A DNA stretch of 64,000 bases from Octopus sinensis. Lineage: Eukaryota. Of the stretch, positions 50,351-63,909 are shown one piece after another. The position numbers and the translations under genes are program-made. The stretch spans positions 44,888,001-44,952,000 of the forward strand of contig NC_043008.1 of assembly GCF_006345805.1 (NCBI RefSeq), given 5' to 3'. Every line of letters begins with the position of its first letter. The first letter of the stretch is position 1. The notes beneath the pieces were generated by a model. The model saw only the letters and a list, made by a program, of their open reading frames with translations, ran no database searches and was not told the origin of the DNA.

Positions 50351-52040
50351 AAATGTTTATATGAGAGTGATCCCTTTTAATAAAGACATCCAAGGTGCGG
50401 GAGATGGTGTTAAAGTAGATGACAGAGTAAGTCGTCAACCAGCCTAGTAGGGTTATGGCAGGATCTGAAGTCAGAATGCAAAGAACCAGCACAGATATCG
50501 CAAAGAATTTCGACCCATACTCTAACGATTCCGCCATTCTTTCCTCTGTTCTAGAGATGCATTTTATTTTATCGATTCCAAACAGATAAAAGACGAAGAT
50601 GACCTTACAGAATTTGAAACCTGAAAGCGAGGGAACGTACTTAATACTGGACAACGTTTTGTTCGATTCTTCAGCAGCCTCTGTTAATTCACTGCTATGA
50701 TATAGGGCCGCCAAATGTGATTGTTGTCTTGTAAACACAACCACATATTCGATAATACGGCCCCAGATACATTTCGCCCGAGATAAACCCCGTGATGTTA
50801 TAGAAGCAAAGTATCTTTCTTGTCATACCGTCTTATAAAACATACGTTGGATAACGTAGACCTAGATAGACTTAGTCAGAAATAAAAGATGGGAAGCCAT
50901 GTTTATAATTTTGATAATTCATTGCATAATTTTGAAGGAGAGTGTCTTTGTTATTTTAGCCCTCGTTTTATGAAAAGTACCTATTGTATAATGTAGTCCT
51001 TGATACACTTTGCCGAAGACAAAAGATATGAAATTCACGGTTGGAATACTCTTGGTCATAGTTTTTCTTAGACAGGCTCATTTGAGGTCTCGACACACAC
51101 TAGTGGAATGTGCTTTTATGGTAAAATATCAGACCAGGTGAGTCTAAATTACGTGAAATAACATTCGGAAACAAATTTAAATGTCTGTGGAGATAACTGA
51201 AGGAATATTAAAAGAAAAATATACTAAAACATGAACAGATACGTTCAAAAAACAAATTCTTATGGAAAGAACTATCGGCACCAACCATGGTAACAAAAGA
51301 ATGAACGTCTTATAAATAGACCTGAGGCATAAAACCAAAACACACACCACGTCACTTACTGAAGAATTACAAAATGAAATACAATTACGAATTATTCCAA
51401 CTAAACCAAAGCCAAGATTATTTGGCCTGCAGGGAAAAAAATATCAAAAGAATTCAGTATTTGAAACTACATAGATTATTCTTTTTGAAAAAAAAAGAGA
51501 TAGAAAGAAAGAAAAAGCATTTTTAGTTGAAAAATAAATGGAAGAATTGATGAAGAATAATTCCGTGTACAATGAAGCATTCGTCTAAGTTCACCATTAA
51601 TACAGGTAATCAGCTTGGACAGGATTTCTTTTTATGCGAGTGCTTCAGGTAGTTCAAGAGAGGATACATACGTACACATAGGTACATGCATACATACGTA
51701 CATACTTACATACATACATACAATAATACATACATACATACATGCATACATACATACATACGAACATACATACATACATACATACATACATACACACACA
51801 TACATACATACATACATACACACATACACACACATACATACATACATACATACATACACACATACATACATACATATATGCAACTGTGTGGTAAGAAATT
51901 TGCTTCTCAACTACTTCCGGATTCAGTGCCACTGCGTGACACCTTGTCCGACCAAAGCCTTTTATACACACACACACACATACACACACACACACACACA
52001 CATACGCACACACGCACGCACACACACACACGCACACATA

Positions 52041-52195
52041 CGAATGGAATCCTGAAAAGTTCCTAGCTTTGGGTAAAAGAAAATACAGGAGGATCAATTA
52101 ATTATGATTTTATTCAACACATTCCCCTCTCAGATTCATACACTTATTGCAGCGGTCCTTCGGTTTTTCTAAGCCCTGTAAAGAAACTCGAAGTT
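52041..52195 (-). mobile_element. mariner 3' end with TIR
   Basis: TA|CGAATGGAATCCTGAAAAGTTCC terminus. The minus-strand DRCNKCMNLRGECVE* matches the mariner C-terminus (RWxKCVxxxGxYVE*). Confidence 0.7.
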
Positions 52196-52379
52196 TGGGC
52201 CCGGGTTCAAATTGCCTTTCATCGTTTCGAGGTACCAATTGAACATTGGGGTCGCTGCAATCGACTAACGGTCGTCCTTGAAATTGCTGGTGTTGTGCTA
52301 AAAGTTGAAATCAATATTATTATTTTACATAAGTTATTAATACTAGCAGTAGTAACAGCAGTTGTTGTTGTAATAGTAG

Positions 52380-52553
52380 TAGTTGTAAGAAGAAGAAAAG
52401 GAAGACGTCGACGACGAAGAGGAAGAACCATTATATGAGTTGTAGGAGAAAAGCGAAAGAAGACGAGTGGCAGGAAGAGTAGAATAAGAAGAAGAAATAA
52501 AGACGAACAGGGGGAAATGATGTGTTCTGGTCGGATGAGAAGGAAGCGTAGAA

Positions 52554-52588
<35 letters not shown>

Positions 52589-52850
52589 AGAAGAAGAAGA
52601 AGAAGAAGAAGAAGAAGAAGAAGGAGAAGAAGAAGAAGAGGAGGAGGAGAAAGACGAAGAAGAAATGAAGAAGAAAAACAAGAAACTACAACGAAGATGG
52701 CGACCAAGAGAAGAAATATGAAGGCAGATTGTAGTTGAAGAAGGAGACTGCAGTTGAAGAAGACGCCGAGGAAGGAGACGAAGAATCAATCGAAGAAGAA
52801 GAAGAAGAAGAAGAAGAAGAAGAAGAAGAAGAAGAAGAAAGATAGTTGTC
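52380..52850. repeat. (GAA)n-rich polypurine tract
   Basis: Direct read. Confidence 0.9.
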
Positions 52851-53427
52851 GAAGAAGACATAGAATATAACAGGAAGGTGTATATACAGACACACATATA
52901 TATATATATATATATATACATACAAGGTATATGTAAATTCTTTATGCATATATATATATATATGTATAGAATGCTCGGTAATGGGAGACCTTTCCGTGGC
53001 CTCATGTCAAGTTGATGCTTCAGCCATTATTACGAAATATATCGCATTAACCGAAGAATCTATCGACCAGTGCTGAACTCTTCTATCTTATTATCAACAC
53101 TTCGTACAGTCATTCCAAACTATAAATTATTTTGGTTGCTTGAAGCATTCTGAATCTCAAAATGCGATTCTTCCAGTAGAAATATAATTGTCTTCAACAA
53201 AAAATAAAATTTTCTTCCTATAAATGTTTGTATCAGAAAGAGAGAATTTTAATTAAGACCCAGCCAAGAATACGTTTTCGCACTGTTGATATTGCTGTTG
53301 TTGTTGTTGTCTAAAGGATCCTCGACGCAGTTACTAGATCAGCTTGAAACAACAGTCAAATCTCTCATATTACATTCTGATGGCTTTCAGATATTCTTAT
53401 AGGATAATGCAGACCTGATAATACTGA

Positions 53428-53764
53428 GACCCCGCCTCGGTCATGACTGACCATGGGATTGCTCCTAGAAAGTTACCCTCCCAGGCACAAGTCCGGGCAA
53501 GGTTGTTTATGGAAGGCCAGCAGTCGCCCATGCATACCAGCCTTCCCTCTCCATGCCACTGATGTTATCCAAGGGAAAGGCAAAGGGGCAGATACAGCTT
53601 GGCACCCGTGACGTCACAACTCATTTCTACAGCTGAGTGAACTGGAGCAACGTGAAATAAAGTGTCTTGCTCAAGAACACAACACGTAGCCCGGTCCGGG
53701 ATTCGAACTCACAACCTCACGATCGTAAGCTCGACGCTCTAACCACAGAACCATGCGCCTTCAC
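53428..53764 (-). mobile_element. SINE family D with alternative tail
   Basis: Minus head GTGAAGGCGCATGGTTCTGTGGTTAGAGCG and core TGTTCTTGAGCAAGACACTTTATTTCACGTTGCTCCAG as at 40198, but the tail (..CCCATGGTCAGTCATGACCGAGG) is different. Confidence 0.8.
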
Positions 53765-54184
53765 AGGCCTGATGATACTATAACTAAAACTAAGATAATG
53801 ATTGTTACAGCACGAACCAATTTGTTTTTCGGTCTGTTGCGTTCGTGTTTTATTCAGAATTGGTTGCGCACTCAAACAGTTGAGTATTCGGTTCCACTGG
53901 GTTGCGCATTTAGATTTTATTAACGGCAAATAAAACCTATTTTCCCTGACATCGATGAAATATCCAACCATAATACAGTTATTGTTTAGCCTTTAGTCAG
54001 AAATGATTCAGTGGAACCGAAAGCAAAGACGTTTACGTAATTTTTCCCAGGTATTCTATATGAAAGTCTAAATTAACTATTGTAGCTATTCGCCTCTTCG
54101 GCAACTAAACCATTCCCAGCTATCTTGTTAAGCGGCATTAATGTTCGTACGTATGCATGTCTGTATGTATGTATATATACATAT

Positions 54185-54390
54185 ATGTATGTGTCTGTGT
54201 TTGTCCCCCGTCATCGCTTAACAACCGATGTTGGTGTGTTTACGTCCCCATAATTCAGCTGTTCGGCAAAAGAGACCGATAGAATAAGTACACGGCTTAC
54301 AAAGAATAAGTCCTAAGGTCGATTTGTTCGACTAAAGGTGGTGCTCTAGAATGGCCGCAGTCAAAGACTAAAACAAGTAAAAGAAAGAAT
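54185..54390 (+). mobile_element. SINE family A, 3' half
   Basis: GTGTTTGTCCCCC..CGCTT.ACAACCGATG..GGCAAAAGAGACCGATAGAATAAG. Confidence 0.85.
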
Positions 54391-54461
54391 ATGTATGAAT
54401 ATGTATGTATGTATGTGTATGTATGTATGTATGTATGTATGTATGTATGTATGTATGTATG

Positions 54462-54554
<93 letters not shown>

Positions 54555-54766
54555 ATTTCCTACCTTATGTTTGTCTTGTCTGTCTAACCATGGAGGAGTA
54601 GTTCCGTGGAATGTAAAGTCTTTGGAGTTTTAACACGCCGAACCATCGCTGACTCTTGTCCTCATGGCTGATGAGGGGATTTCCATGCTTCTCTTTGGCT
54701 TTTAAAAGTAATCATCTTCATATCCCAGTTCGATTTCTTTTGTCATATTCATATTTATACACACAC

Positions 54767-54828
<62 letters not shown>

Positions 54829-54934
54829 GCACACAAACACACACAAACACCCGCATACATGTAATTTGTTTGAAGATATTGTTCACCTGCAGGTGAAAAT
54901 CTGAGCAGCAAGAGATCGACTCGAGCAAAATGTA

Positions 54935-55367
54935 ATTACACACACACACACACACGCACACACAAACACACACACAAATAAATAGATACTGGTGTACACA
55001 CATGCGCACACACACACGCACACACACACACACGCACACACAAACACACACACACACAAATAAATAGATACACGTGTACACACATGCGCACACACACACG
55101 CACACACACACACAAACACACACACACACAAATAAATAGATACACGTGTACACACATACGCGCACACACACGCACACACACACACACACAAACACACACA
55201 CAAACACACACACACACAAATAAATAGATACACGTGTACACACATGCGCACACACACACGCACACACACACACACAAACGCACACACACACAAACACACA
55301 CACACAAATAAATAGATACACGTGTACACACATGCGCGCACACACACGCACACGCACACACACACAA

Positions 55368-55400
<33 letters not shown>

Positions 55401-55440
55401 AATAAATAGATACACGTGTACACACATGCGCACACACACA
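54935..55440. repeat. compound minisatellite built on (CA)n
   Basis: Six anchors AAATAAATAGATAC..GTGTACACACAT separated by variable CA/CG runs, period about 70-95 bp. Confidence 0.85.
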
Positions 55441-55682
55441 CTCACATACACGCCCTCCACCACACCCTTAATTTCCAGTGACGAGATGGTTTTGTAAAAA
55501 CGGTGAAGGGTTTTATGCTAAAAAAATCCCAATGTTTTTAATGAGGTCATTTGAATGACCGTTATGAAGAACTCGGAATATCAATAACTCATTTCTTGTG
55601 ATTACTTCAACACACGCTGCGTGCACGCACACACAAATACTCATCAGCACACACACACACACACCTGAACAAACGTACACAC

Positions 55683-55718
<36 letters not shown>

Positions 55719-56707
55719 ATTCACGCACGTACACACCTAAACTCACACATACGCTTATAATTATCTCATTCATATTGAAAATTAAATGGCAAATCTGTAT
55801 TGTATCGTGTTTACATTTCGGTCATTATTAAAATTGATAATTTGTTTTTGCTGTTTCAGCATCATTAACGGTTCTTTTGTAAGTTTAAATATATAAAATA
55901 AAAATAAAATTATAAAAAACCCAAACATGAGGCAGGCGTGGCTTTGTGGTAAGAAAGTTGCTTTCCAATTACATGGTTCCGGCTTCTGTGGAATCTTGGG
56001 CAAGTGTCTTTTACTTCATGGTGGAGCAAGTGTTTCATCATGTAGTTAGAAAAAGTCACTTCCTGCTTCTATTTTACCCATTTGTTTAAAATTACCCGAC
56101 GATGGTGGATTTTTTTGCCATGATGTAATCTAAGAATGCGTCGATAAAATGCTATCGAAACACTTGTGAATTTTGAACCATATTCTTCTTTATATATACA
56201 TTGCACTTGGAACCACCCCTGAATTAGATTTATAGTTTATATTTGACGAGTTAATGTGTGTGTATGTGTGTGTCCTCCCTCTCACCGTTGTTTTGTTGTT
56301 TTGTTGTTTTGTTTGATGCATTAAATGCCAAATTTAAATAAAGAATACTGGGAGCGAATTCTTCGACTCTAGCTCGCTAGATACATAGGTAGACAAAATG
56401 ATATCTATGTGTTTGTATGTGTGTGTTAGTGTGTGTGTATGTTTGTGTGTGCGCGTGCGTATGCAATTTATTACTAAATTTATGGATAAATTTGAATATC
56501 CGGTGGCTGTTGAAAAAGCAAAATGAATCAGATGGACGGCATCTACTTAATTAATGAAAACATGAAAATATTTTGCGAAATTACAAAATTACATTCACAC
56601 AGGCATACACACTCACGCACACATGTATATACATGTAAGTGTGTATGCCTACATGTGTATATATATTATTGCTTTTACTGTTCTGTCGTTATTTGATTTA
56701 TCTATCC

Positions 56708-56820
<113 letters not shown>

Positions 56821-56904
56821 CCTATCTATTTATATATTTATTTATTTATTTGTCTATCTACCTACCTACCTACCTACCTATCTACATACCTACCTATTTA
56901 TTTG

Positions 56905-56961
<57 letters not shown>

Positions 56962-57269
56962 ATTCCATTACATTTTATTACACGATATCATATCATATTA
57001 TGAAATCTCATATCTAATATTACATCGTTCGAACACCAGTTTAGATTTCCATAACTTCCATTTAAACACACCATTAATCAGAGAGAAGAAAAAAAAGCTA
57101 GAAACGCATAACTTCAGCTTATTTTCCTTCTTTTCCGATATCAAATAACTTCGATATTTTTAATTATAAAGGATCACATTTCTCAAAAGTTTCCTTTCGT
57201 TTTGGGAGCGTTGCAGTACGATTTGGTCGGGCCTTGTCTATTAGTTCTAACGGGTCTACTGAGTACAAA

Positions 57270-57625
57270 GAGATTCCTTTGTTTGTTGTTGTTTAGCTCA
57301 GGTCAGGTGTTGGGGCATGCGCCGTTGCAGCCGTTGTTGTATTCCCTATTTGTCGGTATATTCCAGGGTCCTCCCGAGCGACCCGTCGAGCAAAGTCTCG
57401 GTCAGTGCCCATCTCTGCGAGATATCTCCTCATCTGCCGTGACCACGTGGAATATGGTCAACCAACGCGAACCGTCAACCCAGCCGGACCCCCAGCGAAG
57501 GGAACACGGTAAGCAGTATCTAACTCGGAAAATCGAGCTGCGTGGCCTACCAACCTGAGCTGGCGCTCCCGAATTACACAAGTAGCAATCCATTTGATGT
57601 TCAGAATCTTGGATAACTCTAATCT
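57270..57625 (-). mobile_element. RTE-like LINE 3' end
   Basis: KILNIKW..VIRERQLRLVGHAARF..TWSRQMRRYLAEMG, ending in an AACAACAAC tail. Confidence 0.75.
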
Positions 57626-57629
57626 AGAA

Positions 57630-57650
57630 CAGTGGTTCCCAAACTTTTTT
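57630..57650 (+). mobile_element. solitary hAT (Charlie-like) terminus
   Basis: CAGTGGTTCCCAAACTTTTTT immediately after the 8-mer ATCTAGAA (NTCTAGAN target preference). No partner end was seen. Confidence 0.5.
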
Positions 57651-58139
57651 AGGCTGCCGCTCACTTGCTTGTTACTAAACTCGAAACCATGTGATTACGA
57701 ACCAAATCTCTTAACCAAACAGTCACGCTTGCTCACGTATTTTAATTGCTTTGGGGAAGACATCGGCGAAGCATAAATCTATAGATAAGACATTCTTGCA
57801 GGATCAGCGTAATTGCCTGACAGAAGTAGTTTAGAATTCGTGACGAAGGAGATGATATGTTTCTGGCATTAATGCTAGATAATTGTGATAGAAAGTTTCT
57901 TGTACAGCTGTAGCTTAATATAATATTGTTCTTCTTGAACAATTTGTGATAACTATGGTTGACAGGTAATTGCATACGTGCAAGGATAAACCAGTTTTTA
58001 GGTACGTATGTGCAAATGGTGAAAAGGAAATACAGTGGAGGTTGAAATATGGCACTTGACATTTGAGATGTTGTCGGGGGTCGGAATTGATAGCTTGCTC
58101 TTTGTGTAACAAAAAATTCATGCTTAAGTCATACAGGAT

Positions 58140-58990
58140 GAACGCATTGTTGTAATGGAGGGGAACGTGTCGTTGAGAGGAAAATTAGTTGGGATGAGAT
58201 ATGGAGGTGGACCACATTTCGGCTAAGTTTTCTGATTCGTTCATCCTATGATGTTTTGATCGTCACCTACAAACCTAGTAAGATGGAACGTCTCAGAGAA
58301 CGATATATGCAAATGCGGAAAGGTCGGAACACTGAAACATATTCTTTCCAACTGTTCATTAGAATTTAACAGGTATACTTGGAGACACAACCAGGTCCTT
58401 AAGGTTATCTTCAATGCTATAAAGAACCAAATTGATCTCAATAACAGTGTGAAAAAAAAATCCTTGAAAGTACCAACTAGAGATTTCATTACCTTCGTGC
58501 GCTCAGATCAGCGGATCCGTTTCAAGAAGAAAAACAACAAATTTCCTGTGAGCGATGAAAAGCGGAACGGCTATTAGGAGGTGAATACAGATTTACCAGG
58601 GTGCCAGGGACTGTTTCCCATCCCAGTTACGAAACAACCGGACATTTTAATGTGGTGTGAAGGAAAGAAAGTTGTGAATCTGGTCGAGTTAACAGCTCCT
58701 CATGAAGATAACATGGACGCCGATCGGGCTCAAAAGACTGACCGTTATGTAAATCTCCTCGAGGAATGTGAAGATGCAGGCTGGAAAGCGGAGCATTTTC
58801 CAATCGAAGTCGGATGTAGAGGGTTTGTTGAACACAGTGTGAGACGACTGTTGTTATCGTTTGGCCTAACACATCGTAAAGTCACTACAACCATGACCGA
58901 TATCCAAACTACAGTGCAGAAGGCTAGCCACTGGATTTGGTAGAAAAGAGACGATGAATGATGACTAGAAGAATATTGAGCTATATTTAG
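58140..58990 (+). pseudogene. HERO-type RLE non-LTR retrotransposon C-terminal fragment
   Basis: ERKISWDEIW..RLSFLIRSSYDVL, CKCGKVGTLKHILSNC (CCHC), RYTWRHNQVL, KQPDILMW..LVELTAPHED, PIEVGCRGF and ASHWIW*KR. Confidence 0.85.
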
Positions 58991-59773
58991 TGACCAGTTG
59001 ATCTAGCAAGCGGGGCCTCATATCAGTGAGAGGGGTGCAGTGTGCACTGATGCCATCGAGAGGTAAGCCCCGAAACGGCGCGCATTCTCTCCTGATGACC
59101 CCATTCATTCGCTGGCTTCCGGGGTGCGGAGTTCTCGACTGGTAGCACTTGCATGTGCAAGTTATTTGCAAAACATCTAATCAAATGGACGAATCTCATT
59201 TGGAGAAGAGCCACCATTTCAGCAGTTATGTATTATTGTACTTAAATACGAATAAGTAAGAGGTGCCTCTCAGTGATAAAGACCCAATAAATAACTGGTA
59301 TTTTATTTTATCTACCCCAGGGAAAATGAACATCAGTATCAACCAATGTAGGATTTGAACTCAGAAAGTAGAGATTTACAACAGCGAGCTTGATATGTGA
59401 AAACATATATTTGCTTTATCTGCAATGTGTTGGTTGGAATTCTTTGTAGACCAGGGTTTTAAAGATAAACAAACACAGCAAGCGAGTGTTTTAGTTTATT
59501 ATTAACTACGCTCGCTTGGTCAGGTAACCAAGACGACGGATTGCAGGATTCCCAAAGCAACGGTGCGTGCCGAATTTGCTTTTTGGTCTATGTGTAAAAA
59601 TGTAAACCTGCATGTATGTATGTATTTATGTATGTGTGTATTTATGCATGTACGTATGTATATATGTGTGTGCGTGTGTGTATGTATGTATCTATGTATG
59701 TGTGAGTGTGAGTGTGTATACATGCGTATAGATGTGCGAATATATGTATGCTTGTGTGTCTCTGTATGTATGC

Positions 59774-59839
<66 letters not shown>

Positions 59840-59879
59840 CATATACATACATATATATACATATACATACATATATATA

Positions 59880-59922
<43 letters not shown>

Positions 59923-59955
59923 ATATATATATACATATATATCTATATCTATATA

Positions 59956-60014
<59 letters not shown>

Positions 60015-60487
60015 ATATATATATATACAGACAGAATTTGGCCTCTGCAAGCCAGCCATTACAACACACACACACATCTATTCATCTATTCACGCTTATT
60101 TGTCTGTTTCATTATCACGGGTTAAAATTCTGTCTCAGCAGATGGTCTTCTCAAAACCGATAATCCAAATCTGTTTCTTTTATTTTTTTAGAGGGGGGGT
60201 ATACGAAAAAAGGAGAGGGAAGAAAAGGAAGAGAGGAAGAAAAGGAAGAGAGGAAGAAAAGAAGGGAGAGACAAGAAAAGTGAAATATAGTAAAGATATG
60301 TGAAGAAGAGGAGAGAAGGGGAAAAGAGGAAGGTATGCTGTCCAGATCTACATTCAAACATTCAAGTTGATTTTGTATTGTGTTGTGTTGGCGAAGTGGA
60401 TAGAATCCGGATTATGACGGATGCTGGAATATTGGTCTTCATTAAGGTTAAGCGTGAGAGCTTATTCGAACTCCGAGGTGCATATAT

Positions 60488-60699
60488 TCTTGTATTTGTT
60501 TCAGTTATTTGACTGCGGCCATGCAAGAGCACCACCTTTAGTCGAACCAATCGACTCCAGGGTTTATTCTTTGTAAGCCTAGTACTTATTCTATCGGCCG
60601 AACCACTAATGTACGGGACATAAAACACACCAGAATCGGTTGTCAGCGATGGGGGGGGGGGGCAAACACAGACACAAACACACACACACATGATATATA

Positions 60700-60756
<57 letters not shown>

Positions 60757-60920
60757 TACGACGGGATTCTTTCAGTTTCCGTCTACCAAATCCACTCACA
60801 AGGCTTTGGTTGGCCCGAGAATATAGTAGAAGACACTTGCCCAAGGTGCCACAAAGCGGGACTAAACCAGGAACCATGTGGTTGGTAAGCAAGCTAGTTA
60901 CCACACAGCCACTCCTGCGC
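60488..60920 (-). mobile_element. SINE family A, near full length
   Basis: Reverse complement of 45195-45691 with its own internal microsatellite. Confidence 0.85.
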
Positions 60921-60972
60921 ATATTATATATATATATATGGTATTGGTGTCAAGAAGACCCAAAGGTGTCAG

Positions 60973-61016
60973 CTAATGAAGGGATATATGAAATATCCTG
61001 GAAACAGCTGTAAGAC
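60973..61016 (+). ncRNA. degenerate hammerhead, same family as 35735-35782
   Basis: CTAATGA-AGGGATA tatgaaa TATCCT-G-GAA-ACAGCTGT-A-AGAC. G5 is mutated and the upstream region is deleted relative to the 35650 copy (shared AAAGGTGTCAG). Confidence 0.6.
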
Positions 61017-61025
61017 CTATTTATA

Positions 61026-61059
<34 letters not shown>

Positions 61060-61130
61060 TAAACTAATAATAATAATAAAACAATAACAATAACACAACA
61101 ATAATAATAACAACAATAACAACAACAATA

Positions 61131-61176
<46 letters not shown>

Positions 61177-61190
61177 TAAATAATAATATG

Positions 61191-61234
<44 letters not shown>

Positions 61235-61839
61235 CCCTTGTACTAGAGGCACAAGGTCTGAAATTTTGAAAACGATGGTTGCCAAAATTTCCAGGTGTGA
61301 CCTTATGACCCAGGAAATCTATGAGGCTGTCTAAGAATTATGGGATATATCTGTTAATCGTTTTTACAGAACTATTTCCAAGGAAACGAAACTGATTCAA
61401 TATTTTATGTTATAAATTTAGAAATGTATCGACATCACTGAGATATTGTATTTCGATGAATCTGTACCAATTTCAGTTTTAAATGTCATCCATGTTGATA
61501 ATTTTTGTGATTCTATATTCCACGGTTGGTAAATTTCAGCCAATCAATGACTGTATATGTTCATCTTGCAAAGTTGAACGGCTTGCGTTCAACTGAAAGA
61601 TATTAATAATCAATAATATATATAATATATATGAGTATTTGTGTGCGTGTATATATATATATATATATATATATACATACACAAGGGTAGTACATGAGCA
61701 CCTACATCGCTAAAAATAGAAGTCAAAAATATATCTGTACCACCGAATAGTCACAAATCTAATAGACATAATAGGAAAAATATCAGTATATATATATATG
61801 TGTATGCATGCGTACATACATAAATAGACATATATATAT

Positions 61840-61871
<32 letters not shown>

Positions 61872-62456
61872 CACGCATGCTTGCATACATGCATACATAC
61901 GTACGTATGTATGTATGTATGTATGTATGTATGTATGTTGTATGTATGTATGTATGTATGTAAGTGTATGTATGTATGTATGTATGTATGTATGTGTGTA
62001 TGTATGTATGTATGTATGACGCTGACACAACAGAAACGATCCTCGGGGTTGTATGATGCCATCACCAATTAAAGATTTGATTTTCTTCATTCTTATTCTC
62101 GTGGCTTATACTCCAAATTTCGAGGAATTCTTCTAAACAATATTTAGGTTTACTTGTCATACCCGAGGAATTACCTTGGATGTTTATTTCACTTGCATAG
62201 GTGTCAATTCATTACAGCTGTTTCCAACGAATATTTTGATTGATTAATCGGTACATCATACCATTAACAAAAACCGCTTTTTTCAGATGACTGCATGAAC
62301 CACAGTATTGGAAACATTTAAAAACATTTAAAATCCACGGTATGTGCATAGTTTTCCACGATCTTCGCATATCTACACAGTTGGGTTTACTTAATTGCAT
62401 ACCTAACCTGAATATATTTCTGCCTGAACTTCGACACCAATGTTTGTATTCGTCTA

Positions 62457-62643
62457 TATTTTTTCGAACGTTGAATTGCCGATAGAACAGTAGAAATACT
62501 GCGTAAATTTACCCTAACCAGGCAGAAACATTTGTTAACAACAGCCACTGGATGCGAACCAACATCTCCTTGTTCGTGTCGTACAATACACGCTTCGACG
62601 CTTCTAATTAAAACAAAAGTTAGTTTGCTTATATTTATTCACA
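62457..62643. mobile_element. SINE family E copy with 5' inversion
   Basis: 62457-62567 is the reverse complement of 62741-62852, and 62568-62643 is a direct match to 62855-62931. Confidence 0.65.
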
Positions 62644-62690
62644 CGTGTTGTTCAATAAAATATTTAGCGTCTGATTCGGAAGATGAATTT

Positions 62691-62931
62691 GTCAGCGGGC
62701 AGTTTAACTTAATAGAAAAGCACTCAGCTAGAGTCTTGGGGGATGTGGGTTCGAGCCCCATGGCTGTTTGTTGACGAACCTTTCCACCTGGTAACAGTAG
62801 TTTACCCAATATTTCTGCTGTTCTGACGGCAATTCTGCGTTCGAAAAAATATTTTCTTGCTTGTATCGTGCAATGCACATTTCGATGCTTCTAAAAAAAA
62901 AATCTGATGTTAGCTTGCTTATATTTATACA
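62691..62931 (+). mobile_element. tRNA-derived SINE family E
   Basis: GGCAGTTTAACTTAATAGA (A-box-like) and GGGTTCGAGCCCC (B-box). A diverged second copy is adjacent. Confidence 0.6.
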
Positions 62932-63629
62932 AATTATTTTGTATTTACACGTAAAAAATCAAAGCTAATGAATAACTTATGTACAAGATGTAAAAACGAC
63001 ACTAGCTTTTTATTAGAAAAGACTTAGGGGTTAAAATACATTGTCAATTTTGCTTAAATCGTTACCATGTAATTCTTTAAATATGTATATATATAGTAAA
63101 GCACTAAATTATGTAATATTAAATTTTATATTTCAAACTTACAGCCAATTAGTCTTTTCACGAAAAGTGAAAAACAATATATAAAAGGGTATTTATTATT
63201 ATTTTTGTTTTTAAATTCTAATCTCGGCAGTGATATTTTAAGTTTTTTTCTTTTGTCCTGCACCTTTCCAGGTTCAATATTTAAGAATATTCTAGCCTTC
63301 TGTGCCCACGTTTTTTTATTCTATTACTGCTTGCCTTGAACTTTTCCAGGTTCAATATTCTAGCACTCTGCACTCGCATGTTTCATTCTGGTTCGCTTTT
63401 TTGACGCAACGCTTCTATTATCATAATTAATTATATTTACCTTTATAATAAAAAAGAAAAATAATACTGTTATAAATATTTTTTAAATAAATTAAGATTT
63501 TGTTCAAGAAGAGAAATTTTGTTGCACCTAAGAATAACATAGGATTGATAGCAGTCCATGATATCAATTTTAAAATTATGGAGAAAAACCATAGAATTAT
63601 CAATAACTATATTAATGTGAGGAGATTTA

Positions 63630-63890
63630 ATAGACGGAAACTGAAAGAAGCCCGTCGTATATGTGTATGTATGTGTGTGTGTGTATGTGTTTGTGTGTGT
63701 GTGTGTGTATGTTTGTCCCCCCCAACATCGCTTGTTGGTGTGTTTACGTCCCCGTAACTTAGCAGTTCGGCAAAAAGAGACCGATAGGATAAGTACTAGG
63801 CTTACAAAGAATAAGCCATGGGGTCGATTTGCTCGATTAGAGGCGGTGCTCCAACATGGCCGCAGTCAAATGACTGAAACAAATAAAAGA
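63630..63890 (+). mobile_element. SINE family A, 5'-truncated
   Basis: AGACGGAAACTGAAAGAAGCCCGTCG...TGACTGAAACAAATAAAAGA. Confidence 0.85.
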
Positions 63891-63909
63891 ATAAATATTA
63901 TTTTTTTTA

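Noticed and set aside
59040-59100. Hammerhead-like words (CTGATGC...CCGAAAC...CTGATGA) downstream of the HERO fragment
   Set aside because: There is no pairable stem II and no valid UH cleavage triplet in type I, II or III topology.
61565-61605. 9-bp hairpin AGTTGAACG/CGTTCAACT followed by GAAA
   Set aside because: It lacks a CUGANGA box and stem I, and there is no Helitron CTRR end.
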